The notes beneath the pieces were generated by a model. That model made no database searches, was not told where the DNA came from, and saw nothing but the letters and a program-made list of their open reading frames with translations. The position numbers were made by a program, and so were the translations under genes. 64,000 nt of DNA. Source: Pseudomonadota bacterium. Its GTDB lineage: Bacteria > Pseudomonadota > Alphaproteobacteria > Paracaedibacterales > CAITNM01. Where the stretch lies: positions 63,856 to 127,855 of the forward strand of contig JBKCOJ010000008.1 in NCBI GenBank assembly GCA_046309815.1. Direction: 5' to 3'. Below, in pieces: positions 8,925 through 18,222 of the stretch (the stretch's first letter is position 1; each line of letters starts with the position of its first letter).

Positions 8925-9765
8925 GAATATTGATACAGTTTTATTGCAATGTTTTATTGCTGTGGCAGAGACAGGGAGTTTTACAAAAGCAGCGGAGCGA
9001 GTAGGGCGGACTCAATCTGCTATTAGCCAGCAGATTAATAAGCTAGAGCTTATGCTGGGCAAGCATCTTTTGATACGAGGTAAAACTTTTGCTCTCACTA
9101 CTGAAGGAGAAATTTTTCTTAGTTATGCTAGGCAGATTTTTTCTTTGCACAGAGAAGCTATGAGCAGGTTTAAGGAGCCGGACTTGGAAGGAGAAGTAAG
9201 TTTTGGTCTCCCTGAAAATTTTGCAAGTGTGTATCTTTCAGAAGTTTTAGCTGATTTCTCACGTTTTCAACCTCGTATTCTACTTAATATTGAGTGTGAT
9301 TTGACGCTTAATCTTTTTGATAAGTTTAAAAGCAAAGAGCTGGATATTGTTTTGGTGAAAATGAATAGGCCTGAAGATTTTCCAAATGGTGTATATGTGT
9401 GGTCAGAGCCTTTGAGATGGGTTGGAGATTCCAGCTTAATATCTGAGGATAAACCTATTCCTTTGGTTTTATCTCCAAATCCTTGCGTTTATAGAGCATC
9501 AGCTATAAAAGCTTTGGAAGAAGCTGGTAGATCATGGCGTTTGGTTTTTTCTAGTACAAGTTATACGAGCACAGTTGCTTCTGTTAAAGCAGGAATGGGA
9601 ATTACTGTGATGCCATATACTATGATTCCTAGTGGATTACAGACAGCAGAAGCAACTGTGCTTCCAAATCTGCCCGATACTCACGTTTCATTGCTTAAGC
9701 ATAAAGCAGATAATCCTGCTATTAACACACTAGAAGAATTTGTGTTGAAAAAATTAAAACATTAA
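8923..9765 (+). CDS. LysR-family transcriptional regulator, divergent from the dab operon
   Basis: 280 aa. N-terminal HTH FTKAAERVGRTQSAISQQINKLE followed by a LysR substrate-binding domain. Confidence 0.9.
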   Translation: MNIDTVLLQCFIAVAETGSFTKAAERVGRTQSAISQQINKLELMLGKHLLIRGKTFALTTEGEIFLSYARQIFSLHREAMSRFKEPDLEGEVSFGLPENFASVYLSEVLADFSRFQPRILLNIECDLTLNLFDKFKSKELDIVLVKMNRPEDFPNGVYVWSEPLRWVGDSSLISEDKPIPLVLSPNPCVYRASAIKALEEAGRSWRLVFSSTSYTSTVASVKAGMGITVMPYTMIPSGLQTAEATVLPNLPDTHVSLLKHKADNPAINTLEEFVLKKLKH

Positions 9766-9903
9766 TTTCTTGTTGGGAAAACTGCATAAATGCAAGGAGA
9801 TACAAAATTTAATTGTTTAAATGATAACTGTTTTGCTTGTTTCCACTTCAGTTATAACGTGTTACATTTTTCCACAAAGTTATGGCAGTAATTAAGATAA
9901 TAC

Positions 9904-10614
9904 TTAAAGTTCAAAGCCTGCTGCTTGCGCATCTTTGTAAAAAGTATTCACGGTCTCCAGGCTGCACTCGAATAAATCCTTATTGTACGAATTAAGTTTG
10001 TTTAGGATATCTAAGGGAGCGGTGATGATATCACAGCCGGCTTCTTCCGCTTGAAAAATATTTAATGTTTCGCGTGTGCTTGCCCATAAAAGTTCGCAGC
10101 TTTGTTTGGTTTTTGTGATGTCTTTTGCTTGTTTCATAAGTGGCATAGGATCGTGGCCAGTATCGGCGACGCGGCCGGCAAAAACAGAGACCACAGAAGG
10201 CACGCCGCTTTGCAGATATTGTACCACTTCTTTAACCTGATTTAGGGTAAAGATGGCGGTAACATTAAGCTTTACGCCTTTTTCAGAAAGTTCGTGAATA
10301 ACTTTTGCCGTGGATTCACCTTTTGTATTGATTACAGGGATTTTGACGTACACGTTGTTACCCCAAGAGGCAATTTTTAGGGCTTGTTCGATCATGCCGT
10401 GATGATCATCGGCAAAGACTTCAAACGAGATGGGTTTGTTTTGCAGGAGCTGTAGGCTCTTTTTGGCGAATTCTTTGTAGTTTGTGGCGCCCGATTTGCG
10501 CATCAAGGTTGGATTGGTAGTAAAGCCCTTTATCCAATCAAGTGCTGCCATTTTTTCAATAACGTCAAGATCAGCGCCATCGACATAGAGTTGTACGTTT
10601 AGGTTTGGGTGCAT
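9904..10614 (-). CDS. Transaldolase / fructose-6-phosphate aldolase family (short TalC/FSA type)
   Basis: FTTNPTLM motif and the Schiff-base lysine context NVYVKIPV. The ATG at 10614 (MHPNLNVQLYVDGADL) fits the family; the track's TTG at 10698 adds 28 unlikely residues. Confidence 0.85.
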   Translation of the reverse strand: MHPNLNVQLYVDGADLDVIEKMAALDWIKGFTTNPTLMRKSGATNYKEFAKKSLQLLQNKPISFEVFADDHHGMIEQALKIASWGNNVYVKIPVINTKGESTAKVIHELSEKGVKLNVTAIFTLNQVKEVVQYLQSGVPSVVSVFAGRVADTGHDPMPLMKQAKDITKTKQSCELLWASTRETLNIFQAEEAGCDIITAPLDILNKLNSYNKDLFECSLETVNTFYKDAQAAGFEL

Positions 10615-10739
10615 TGGTTTTTTTAATTTTGTATATTGGTGATGAGCATAGCATGTAAGTTGAGGTTTTTGAAATTGGGTTGTTGCGTTGAAGGGCAATT
10701 CTTTGTATACGTTTTAGATTAGTTTTTTTAAATAAATAA

Positions 10740-11573
10740 ATGATTCATTTCAGATTTTTATTGATATTTAGTTTTGTTATCAGTTGGAATTCGGTGAATG
10801 CGGTTTTATTTAGTGATTTTTTAAGACCTGTTTCTATAGTAGCTCGTAAGGCGATAGACAGAGTAACACTCCCCTTTCCTTACAGTGAGGTTCCAAGCCC
10901 AACAACTCGCCAAGCTGCATTTGTTTATGAAAACTTTTATACTGTTTTAGAAGATGATGCTAAGAAAATAGGGAAGAAATACGCAATTGTTGGTACTTTA
11001 CGACCCTGTTTTTTTGTTGGGCTTAGAAATGATAGAATAAGAAAAAGCGTGGTTTTTCACAAAGCTGCCTATAGCAGCTTAGATTCTTTGGTAGAAATTG
11101 CCAAAAAAGAACTTGCCATTGATGGTAAAGCGGAAAAATTTTTAAGGGGTTATATTTTTTCAAACCGTTACACTTTTTATAATTATTTTCCTATTGATGG
11201 CAAAAATACATGGAGAGATCTTCACCAAGGAAAAAGCCAAAAAGAAGAGATGGTGTTTATAAAAAATTTTTTGATATCTTCTTTCAATATATCAAAAGTA
11301 GAACGGTTGGAATGTCGAGTTTTCAAAAATTATTTAGGTCACTTAGCCTCTTTATCGGTCTTGGTTGATAGCACATTAGAATTAAGCAGCATTTGCCTTG
11401 ATCGTGAAGAAATTTTTGGTAAATGCACTCGATTAGGTTTTGAAGAAGATGATGTGCTGGAAGAACGATATAAACGAGCCCAAGAATTACGCCAAATTTA
11501 TTTTGACGATAAGCTTGCGCCTACATACAATAGCCTGCCATTCGAGCGAGCGCCTTTGCACTATTTTGAATAA
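10740..11573 (+). CDS. Hypothetical secreted protein
   Basis: 277-aa ORF with an N-terminal signal-like segment (MIHFRFLLIFSFVISWNSVNA). No recognisable family. Confidence 0.5.
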   Translation: MIHFRFLLIFSFVISWNSVNAVLFSDFLRPVSIVARKAIDRVTLPFPYSEVPSPTTRQAAFVYENFYTVLEDDAKKIGKKYAIVGTLRPCFFVGLRNDRIRKSVVFHKAAYSSLDSLVEIAKKELAIDGKAEKFLRGYIFSNRYTFYNYFPIDGKNTWRDLHQGKSQKEEMVFIKNFLISSFNISKVERLECRVFKNYLGHLASLSVLVDSTLELSSICLDREEIFGKCTRLGFEEDDVLEERYKRAQELRQIYFDDKLAPTYNSLPFERAPLHYFE

Positions 11574-11695
11574 AATTCCTGATGATTCTTTTATAAAGCT
11601 AACGGGCAATGGTAGGAGATTAAAAAAGGAGAGTCTGTTCCTGATGGTACTGAATTTTTAAAGAATTAAGTTGGGAGAGGGTTTTTCCCTCTCAA

Positions 11696-12172
11696 TCAAA
11701 TATATTCGATTTTCTTGATATCGTAGCCTTTGCCGCCACTTGGGGTAGAAACTTCTATCGACGTACCTACTTTTTTACCAATTAATGCACAAGCAAGGGG
11801 AGAGGTTACGGATAGTAATCCCTTTTTAATATCAGATTCATCGCTGCCAACGATTTGATAGATAACAACATCATCGCTATCGTCATCGTGCAAGGTAACA
11901 GTCGCACCGAATTTTACATAATCACCCGTAATTTTTGACGGGTCGATAACGTCCGCGCGGCTTATTTTATCTTCCAGTTCCGAAATTCTACCTTCAATAA
12001 ATCCTTGGCGTTCACGGGCTGCATGGTATTCAGCATTTTCAGAAAGATCTCCATGTTCACGTGCTTCTGCAATCGCTTTAATTACAGCCGGACGCTCAAC
12101 ACCTTTTAAATGACTTAATTCTTGCTCAAGGATAATATATCCTTGTCTTGTCATTGGTATCTTCTTTTCCAT
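11696..12172 (-). CDS. greA: Transcription elongation factor GreA
   Basis: [19 protein letters not shown]...ENAEYHAAR... matches the GreA coiled-coil plus C-terminal domain. ATG at 12172. Confidence 0.9.
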   Translation of the reverse strand: MEKKIPMTRQGYIILEQELSHLKGVERPAVIKAIAEAREHGDLSENAEYHAARERQGFIEGRISELEDKISRADVIDPSKITGDYVKFGATVTLHDDDSDDVVIYQIVGSDESDIKKGLLSVTSPLACALIGKKVGTSIEVSTPSGGKGYDIKKIEYI

Positions 12173-12298
12173 AACAACCCAAATTTTCCTTACATAGATT
12201 AACATTCTAGCAAAAGCTGCTAGCTCAATTAATTTATAAATCTTTCAAGCTCTCTATAAAAGCGATTTTTTGATAAAAATGCAACATTTATTTTGTTC

Positions 12299-14299
12299 TC
12301 AACGGCGCTTTACAAATGGTACCGGCTTTGTAATCCAATCAATGACTTCATATTGTTGATTAGGGTCAAACAAAACAGCATAAATGGAGGCGTTTTCAAG
12401 TACTCTCTGAACATAATTACGTGTTTCCCCAAAAGGGATACTTTCAATCCAATTAAGCCAATCATTTGTTTCTCGTGGATCGCCGAAATCTTTTATCCAA
12501 GTTTTAACATTAGATTCTCCAGCGTTATAAGCAGCCAGGGTTAGTACTAAGTAGCCTTGATATTTTTCAAGATGTTCAAGTAGATGTGCTGTGCCAAGGG
12601 TAACATTGACGCGTCTGTCGTGTATATCGCCAGAAACGCTAGGTAATCCATAGCGTGGAGATAAGAGTTTCATGGCATTAGCTGTATGGTCCATCAATTG
12701 CATGAGGCCCTTTGCTTTGGCTGTGCTTACAGCTGTTTCATTGAAATTACTTTCTTGGCGAATAATTGAGTGAGCAAAACTTTGAATAAGAGGAGGTAGT
12801 TTTGTGTAAATGCTTGTGCGTAGTTTTGCATCAAGCATAGGGTAGCCATATTTAGTAAGGACCATGCCTAGGTATTGAGCTTTTTTGGCGACAGCTGTAC
12901 TTAAATAAGTACCACCAAGATGATGGGCAAATTCAGTGATGAGTATTTCTTCTCCGGGTTCAGTAAGTTGTGCTCCAATAAAGGTCAAAAGCGTTATTTG
13001 AAGATCAACTGGTAAGTTCTCGCCGTAATCTTTTAGGCATTGTATAAGAAAACGGTTATTGAATGTTTCTTTTGCTTGCTCAGAAACAGGAGGGGTTCTT
13101 TCTAGATCAATGGTTTCTGTTGATTCACCCATATTTTTTAAGCGAGAAATAGCAATCTGCCCATAAAATGTGGCTGGAAGAGCTGCTGCTTTTTTGTAAT
13201 ACTCAAGAGCTCGCCCTTTTTCCTTGATTGCTGTGAGGGCTTCAGCGGCCCAAAAGGCCATTCTTGATTTGCTAATAGGCATGCCAACGGTTCCATGTAG
13301 GATAATAAATCTATTAGCTGCGGATTCTTTTTTATTAAGTTTTGTAAGCTCAAGCCAACTCACGATCCATTCGGCATTTACAAACGATTCACCTTTTTTT
13401 AGGCAATGCTTGGAAATGAGCGAATGAGCTTTTTTCCAATTGCCTTCTTCCATCATGCGTCTGGCCAAAATATTGCGCTCATTCCACCAGCTTTCAGGGG
13501 TATCTGATTCAATTTTTCGACTAACAGACTCTAAAATTTTTATGGCTTCGTGGGTTTTATAGGACTTTCGAAAATAGCGAATAACATCAAATAAAGCGTT
13601 AGAATTATTTCGATGCTGAGCTAAAATCTTTTTTGCTGCTTGATCTGCTTCAGAAGTAGAATTCTTTTTGGCGATAATAGTTCCACGTTCTTCGGTATGG
13701 TCATATTTTTGAATACTGATGCGTAACTGGGCAATTTTTTTTGCCGGTGCATCGACGTATTGCATAAAATCTCGAGCAAGATCGAGTTTTCCTTGAGAAA
13801 GCAATGCATCTAGCTTTTTATTGAAATCGGCTTTTTTGAGGAAAGGTTTTGCTATTTGAATAAGTTCCTTTATTTCTTGTTTACTGAATTCAAGTTCAAG
13901 CCAATATCTGCGAATAATGTTGATTACATCGTCTTGTTTGCTAAGGGCTAATAATGCTTTTACGTAAGCAATGAGGCCTTTTCCGGTGATGATTGGGTTG
14001 AATTCAAAATATTCTATCGTTTTTTCTTGTGAATCTGTGTTGTTGTAAGCGGCTTCTTCAGCACGTTTTCTGATGTAATCCAAGGGAAATTTTCCGGCGA
14101 AGGCGTGAATGAACTTACGGTACTGTTTGAATGTTTCGGTAACGTTCGAATCTTGGTAGTTATGCCATGCTTTAATGGCTTCACGAGGCGACATATTCAT
14201 ATAATCCGGGTCCTGTGCAAATAACATAAAGCAGAAGATATTGGCTAATAGAAGTCTATAGGTTAAGGTATAGCCAGTTAATAAAATGAGTTTAGCCAT
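12299..14299 (-). CDS. slt: Soluble lytic murein transglycosylase (Slt family)
   Basis: The C-terminal SLT domain has the catalytic-Glu context IIRQESNFN and AYNAG. A superhelical repeat region lies N-terminal to it. The start is placed at MAKLILLTG... (signal peptide ending LFA/QD); the track's TTG extension to 14371 is less likely. Confidence 0.8.
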   Translation of the reverse strand: MAKLILLTGYTLTYRLLLANIFCFMLFAQDPDYMNMSPREAIKAWHNYQDSNVTETFKQYRKFIHAFAGKFPLDYIRKRAEEAAYNNTDSQEKTIEYFEFNPIITGKGLIAYVKALLALSKQDDVINIIRRYWLELEFSKQEIKELIQIAKPFLKKADFNKKLDALLSQGKLDLARDFMQYVDAPAKKIAQLRISIQKYDHTEERGTIIAKKNSTSEADQAAKKILAQHRNNSNALFDVIRYFRKSYKTHEAIKILESVSRKIESDTPESWWNERNILARRMMEEGNWKKAHSLISKHCLKKGESFVNAEWIVSWLELTKLNKKESAANRFIILHGTVGMPISKSRMAFWAAEALTAIKEKGRALEYYKKAAALPATFYGQIAISRLKNMGESTETIDLERTPPVSEQAKETFNNRFLIQCLKDYGENLPVDLQITLLTFIGAQLTEPGEEILITEFAHHLGGTYLSTAVAKKAQYLGMVLTKYGYPMLDAKLRTSIYTKLPPLIQSFAHSIIRQESNFNETAVSTAKAKGLMQLMDHTANAMKLLSPRYGLPSVSGDIHDRRVNVTLGTAHLLEHLEKYQGYLVLTLAAYNAGESNVKTWIKDFGDPRETNDWLNWIESIPFGETRNYVQRVLENASIYAVLFDPNQQYEVIDWITKPVPFVKRR

Positions 14300-15146
14300 G
14301 TTTAGAGGGTCGATCGTTGCTTTAGTGACTCCATTTAAAAACAATAGCCTGGATGAGGAGGCACTTGTCAATCTGATTCATTGGCAGGGTGCATCGGGAA
14401 CGAATGCGATTGTTGTTTGTGGGTCGACAGGAGAAGGCGCATTACTTCATGTACAGGAACGCGAACGGCTTATTCAAATTGCTGTTAAAGAATCTGCGAT
14501 TCCGGTTGTTGTGGGGTGTGGGGCGCCTTCTACATGGGCTGTTGTTGAGCAGGCCAAGCAAGCAAAACAATTAGGAGCGACTGGTTTATTAGTGGTAGCG
14601 CCTTATTACTGTAAAACGACGCAAGATGGCATGTATCAGCATTTTAAGGCAGTGCATGACGCGGTGGATTTACCAATACTGTTATATAATAATCCAGGGC
14701 GCACGGTGCAGGAAATTTCTGTAGAGACGGTACTGAAGTTGTTTGAGCTTGAGCGTGTGGTAGGCATTAAAGACTCTACCACTGACACTAGTAGAGCGGC
14801 CTTGATGCGTGCGTCGGCTAAAAAACAAGTATGCTTATTAAGTGGCGATGATCCATATGCAGCGGGATATTTGGGGCAAGGGGGCGACGGGATTATTTCT
14901 ATCACGGCAAACATATTGCCTGAGAAGATGGCAGCGTTTGCCTATGCTTGGCTAGATAAGGATCATAAAAAATTTCATGCTTTAAATAATGAGCTAATGC
15001 CTATTCATTATGCGATGTTTGCTGAGCCTAATCCAATTCCTGTTAAGGCGGCGATGGAGATGTTGGGCAAATGTTCGAGTGAGGTGCGAATGCCGTTGCT
15101 GCGAGCTTCAGCTGAGACGGTGGCGAAGCTGAAGAAGCTTTTGTAA
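14298..15146 (+). CDS. dapA: 4-hydroxy-tetrahydrodipicolinate synthase
   Basis: MFRGSIVALVTPF parallels the E. coli DapA N-terminus. GSTGEG motif and the Schiff-base Lys context GIKDST. An alternative ATG is at 14286. Confidence 0.9.
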   Translation: MFRGSIVALVTPFKNNSLDEEALVNLIHWQGASGTNAIVVCGSTGEGALLHVQERERLIQIAVKESAIPVVVGCGAPSTWAVVEQAKQAKQLGATGLLVVAPYYCKTTQDGMYQHFKAVHDAVDLPILLYNNPGRTVQEISVETVLKLFELERVVGIKDSTTDTSRAALMRASAKKQVCLLSGDDPYAAGYLGQGGDGIISITANILPEKMAAFAYAWLDKDHKKFHALNNELMPIHYAMFAEPNPIPVKAAMEMLGKCSSEVRMPLLRASAETVAKLKKLL

Positions 15147-15209
15147 AAACGCGGTAGTAAAATTTATAAAAACGCGGTAATATAGTTTGTAAAAACGCGG
15201 ACTTTATTT
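15141..15209 (+). repeat. Three tandem 23-bp direct repeats with core TT(G/A)TAAAAACGCGG
   Basis: Units are 15141-15163 ttgtaaaaacgcggtagtaaaat, 15164-15186 ttataaaaacgcggtaatatagt and 15187-15209 ttgtaaaaacgcggactttattt. The first unit overlaps the dapA stop. The last ends 9 nt before the ATG of the ATPase gene. Confidence 0.85.
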
Positions 15210-15217
15210 TTGTGAAA

Positions 15218-16459
15218 ATGTCGAAAAAAGCAAATTCTTTTTATGCACGGATCCAGAAAGATAGTATTGACTTAGCGCTGCAATCAAGCCGGGTTATTCA
15301 TTTGTCTGGCCCTCGTCAATGTGGAAAAGCAACATTAGCAAGAATGATAGCGTCAGAAGAAAGTGACTATCGCACTTTAGATGATGAGATGTACTTACAA
15401 TCAGCGCGAATTGATCCTGGTAGTTTTGTCAAACATGATAAAAAGCACTTAATCATTGATGAAATTCAGCGAGCCCCTCAGCTTTTAATGGCTATCAAAA
15501 AAGTTGTCGATATGGATAATAGGCCTGGCCAGTATATTTTAACGGGATCATCTAATATTCAATCATTACCAGGTGTGACGGAGTCCTTAGCGGGGCGCAT
15601 TTATAAAATTCGTCTTAGAACGTTAACAGAAGGGGAAATATTAGGGTCTGCTTCATCATTTCTAACAAGAGCATTTTCTCAAATGTTTAAGGAAAAAGGT
15701 TTTTTAGATCGGGATTCAATATTAGAAATTGGGTTTCGTGGCGGATTTCCCGAAGCTGTGCGTTTGCCCCGCAAGACTCGGTTTATATGGCATAAAGAAT
15801 ATATCCATGCTCTTTTAGAAAGAGATTTAAAGGACATTGTTAAAATTCAGCGTTTTCAAGCTATGCATGATTTAATCAGGATTATGGCAAGTTGGTCATC
15901 AAAATTTATGGATTTTTCCGCAATAGGAACAAGTTTAGGGATATCTCGCCCTACTCTTGAAGCGTACGTGAATGCACTAGAAGCGATGTATATCATTGAG
16001 CGAGTTAAGCCTTGGATTCGTACAGATTATGATCGAGTAGGAAAGCATAGTAAGATTTTTATGACTGATTCTGGGTTGATGTCATCATTGCTTGGGTGGG
16101 GGATGGATCAGGTGCGGTTTGATTCTGATCGCTGCGGTAAATTAGTGGAAACGTTAGTTTTTCATAATTTATCTGCGCTTATTGATGCCAGCTTTGGGAA
16201 GTATTCGCTGTACCATTACCGAGATCGTGAGAAACGAGAAATTGATTTTCTTGTTGAGCGCGAAGACGGATCAATGGTTGGAATAGAAGTTAAATCAAGT
16301 TCGTCAGTTGGCAAGAATGATTTTAAGAATTTGGCATGGTTTAGAAAAAATATGGCTAGAGAGAATTCATTTACAGGATTGGTGATGTATACAGGAGAGG
16401 AATCACTTCCATTTGGTGATGGTCTTTGGGCTGTGCCAATTAGTGATTTGTGGAAATAA
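15218..16459 (+). CDS. AAA+ ATPase of the AAA_14/DUF4143 type with a PD-(D/E)xK-like C-terminal module
   Basis: Walker A GPRQCGKAT and Walker B LIIDEIQRAP. A wHTH-like segment ISRPTLEAYVNALEAMYII. The C-terminal REIDFLVEREDGSMVGIEVKSS fits a D...ExK nuclease-fold motif. Start is ATG 15218 or GTG 15212. Confidence 0.8.
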   Translation: MSKKANSFYARIQKDSIDLALQSSRVIHLSGPRQCGKATLARMIASEESDYRTLDDEMYLQSARIDPGSFVKHDKKHLIIDEIQRAPQLLMAIKKVVDMDNRPGQYILTGSSNIQSLPGVTESLAGRIYKIRLRTLTEGEILGSASSFLTRAFSQMFKEKGFLDRDSILEIGFRGGFPEAVRLPRKTRFIWHKEYIHALLERDLKDIVKIQRFQAMHDLIRIMASWSSKFMDFSAIGTSLGISRPTLEAYVNALEAMYIIERVKPWIRTDYDRVGKHSKIFMTDSGLMSSLLGWGMDQVRFDSDRCGKLVETLVFHNLSALIDASFGKYSLYHYRDREKREIDFLVEREDGSMVGIEVKSSSSVGKNDFKNLAWFRKNMARENSFTGLVMYTGEESLPFGDGLWAVPISDLWK

Positions 16460-16473
16460 GAATTTCAGAATAT

Positions 16474-16501
16474 AAAAAAACCCGCCATGAAGGCGGGTTT
16501 T
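16474..16501. terminator. Bidirectional rho-independent terminator
   Basis: AAAAAAA-CCCGCC-atgaa-GGCGGG-TTTT between the convergent ATPase gene (+) and the OMP gene (-). Confidence 0.85.
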
Positions 16502-16518
16502 AATTGTTTTAAGCAAGC

Positions 16519-17184
16519 TTAGAACTTGTAACCTAAACCAAGAGTGAAGCGTTGTTGAGTCGCGTTCAACTTGTAAGTTGCGCCAGCTCCAACTACTGGA
16601 GTACCAGTCGCTGCGCCTTCGATTTTCATCTTTGGAGCAAGAACGTAGGTGAATTCACCACGAACAAACATATTCTTGTTGATGAACATGTCCATACCTA
16701 CAGATGGTGCAAATGCGATATTTGTTTTGTTCTTTTTGTCAGTTGCTGCAGCTGCTACATCTTTAACTTGCCATTTTGCTCTTTCAAGTCCAAGACCTAA
16801 GAAAATCATTGCTTGTTGAGAAACAGTATACCCTAAACGAACTTTAGCGCCGAAGTTGTAAGTGCCTTTTAACGTAGCATTATGCGTATTGGTTTTTTCA
16901 ATAGTAACATTGTTATTGCCAAAATTTACATAAAGTTCACCACCAACATATGCGCAAGTGCCAACGCCCATGCCGTAACCAGCAAATAAACCACCGACAA
17001 ATGATTTTTTACCAAGGTCAGTATTTAAAGAGTTAGCGCCAGCATCAATTGTTTGCTTGCCAGAAACTGAATTCAACCCAAGTTGTGCACCAGCGTAGAA
17101 TCCTCTCATAGATGAAGCGCAAGAATCCGCGTATACACCACCAAGCATAGAAGCAGCAGCAATTGCCATTGCAAATTTTTTCAT
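16519..17184 (-). CDS. Small outer-membrane beta-barrel protein (Omp25/OmpA-like porin family)
   Basis: Signal peptide MKKFAMAIAAASMLGGVYA. Alternating beta-strand pattern and a C-terminal aromatic signature LGLGYKF. AGGAGA RBS upstream of the ATG at 17184. Confidence 0.8.
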   Translation of the reverse strand: MKKFAMAIAAASMLGGVYADSCASSMRGFYAGAQLGLNSVSGKQTIDAGANSLNTDLGKKSFVGGLFAGYGMGVGTCAYVGGELYVNFGNNNVTIEKTNTHNATLKGTYNFGAKVRLGYTVSQQAMIFLGLGLERAKWQVKDVAAAATDKKNKTNIAFAPSVGMDMFINKNMFVRGEFTYVLAPKMKIEGAATGTPVVGAGATYKLNATQQRFTLGLGYKF

Positions 17185-17270
17185 AATATTATCTCCTAAA
17201 TTTAAAAACAAAATAGTTTACCTATCAGCGTCACTATATAATGGATTAGGTATGTCACTCCATGATTATT

Positions 17271-17305
17271 AAAAAAATGCAACGCAGATTTATACATGCG
17301 TTGCA
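17271..17305 (-). terminator. Rho-independent terminator of ctrA
   Basis: Perfect 9-bp stem TGCAACGCA/TGCGTTGCA (17278-17286 / 17297-17305), followed on the minus strand by TTTTTTT. Confidence 0.8.
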
Positions 17306-17325
17306 ATATTGCATCATATTATTGC

Positions 17326-18078
17326 TTAAAGAGCTGGAACCTGCTGTTCAGAAAGGGATGCAGTCTTTGGTGGTATTACCTGGTCGCTAAAGAATGAGTC
17401 GCTATCAGGATCACGTAGTACATAGCCGCGTCCCCACACGGTTTCGATGATATTATCATGTCCTAAGGCCTCAGCAAGTTTCCGACGGAGCTTGCAAATG
17501 AACACATCAATAATTTTAAGCTCTGGTTCGTCCATCCCGCCGTACAAGTGGTTTAGAAACATTTCTTTGGTAAGTGTGGTGCCCTTACGTAGAGCAAGCA
17601 GTTCCAGGATTGCATACTCCTTTCCGGTAAGGTTTATCGTTGCTTTATCAACACTTGCGGTGTGGTTTTGTAAATTCACCACCAATTTTCCAGCGCGAAT
17701 AATTGAATCGCTGTGACCACGGGAACGGCGAACAATGGCGTGAATTCGTGCCAGAAGTTCATTTTTACTAAATGGCTTGGTTAAGTAATCGTCGGCACCA
17801 AAGCCAAAGCCTTTAACTTTATCTTCCGTATCGTTTAGACCTGAAAGCACCAGTACAGGGGTTTTGATCTGAGAAGCACGAAGTCTTCGCAACAGTTCAA
17901 AACCATCCATATCTGGTAACATTAAGTCTAGAACGATTAAGTCGTATTCGTATATTTTGCCAATTTCTAATCCGTCTTCACCCAGATCAGTGCAGTCAAC
18001 GACAAACCCCTCTGACTTTAACATACTTGTAAGTCCTTTTGCTGTTGCTGAATCGTCTTCGATAAGTAAAATGCGCAT
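17326..18078 (-). CDS. ctrA: Cell-cycle response regulator CtrA (OmpR family)
   Basis: Near-collinear with Caulobacter CtrA as I recall it: [13 protein letters not shown]..., [75 protein letters not shown]. Confidence 0.9.
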   Translation of the reverse strand: MRILLIEDDSATAKGLTSMLKSEGFVVDCTDLGEDGLEIGKIYEYDLIVLDLMLPDMDGFELLRRLRASQIKTPVLVLSGLNDTEDKVKGFGFGADDYLTKPFSKNELLARIHAIVRRSRGHSDSIIRAGKLVVNLQNHTASVDKATINLTGKEYAILELLALRKGTTLTKEMFLNHLYGGMDEPELKIIDVFICKLRRKLAEALGHDNIIETVWGRGYVLRDPDSDSFFSDQVIPPKTASLSEQQVPAL

Positions 18079-18169
18079 ATAGTACTCACATATATTGCCT
18101 AGTTTCTAAATATTATCAAAAATTTTATGTTTTAACGAGTTTTTTATTTATCGTTGTTGTTAATAAAAA

Positions 18170-18185
18170 TTAACAAATTTTTAAC
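18170..18185. promoter_or_regulatory. Consensus CtrA box TTAA-N7-TTAAC upstream of ctrA
   Basis: TTAACAAATTTTTAAC. It sits within a run of TTAA(C) half-sites starting at 18160, 18170, 18181, 18190 and 18200 (spacing 10, 11, 9, 10 bp), 92-126 bp upstream of the ctrA ATG. Confidence 0.5.
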
Positions 18186-18222
18186 ACTATTAACCTTCGT
18201 TAACAAAATGGGGGATTGTACT

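Noticed and set aside
11675-11693. Hairpin GAGAGGG-ttttt-CCCTCTC as a terminator between the 277-aa ORF and greA
   Set aside because: It has a 7-bp stem but no U-tract on either strand, so I did not list it as a terminator.
15141-15209. CRISPR array
   Set aside because: There are only three contiguous 23-bp units with no unique spacers between conserved repeats, and no cas genes. It is a tandem repeat or operator, not CRISPR.
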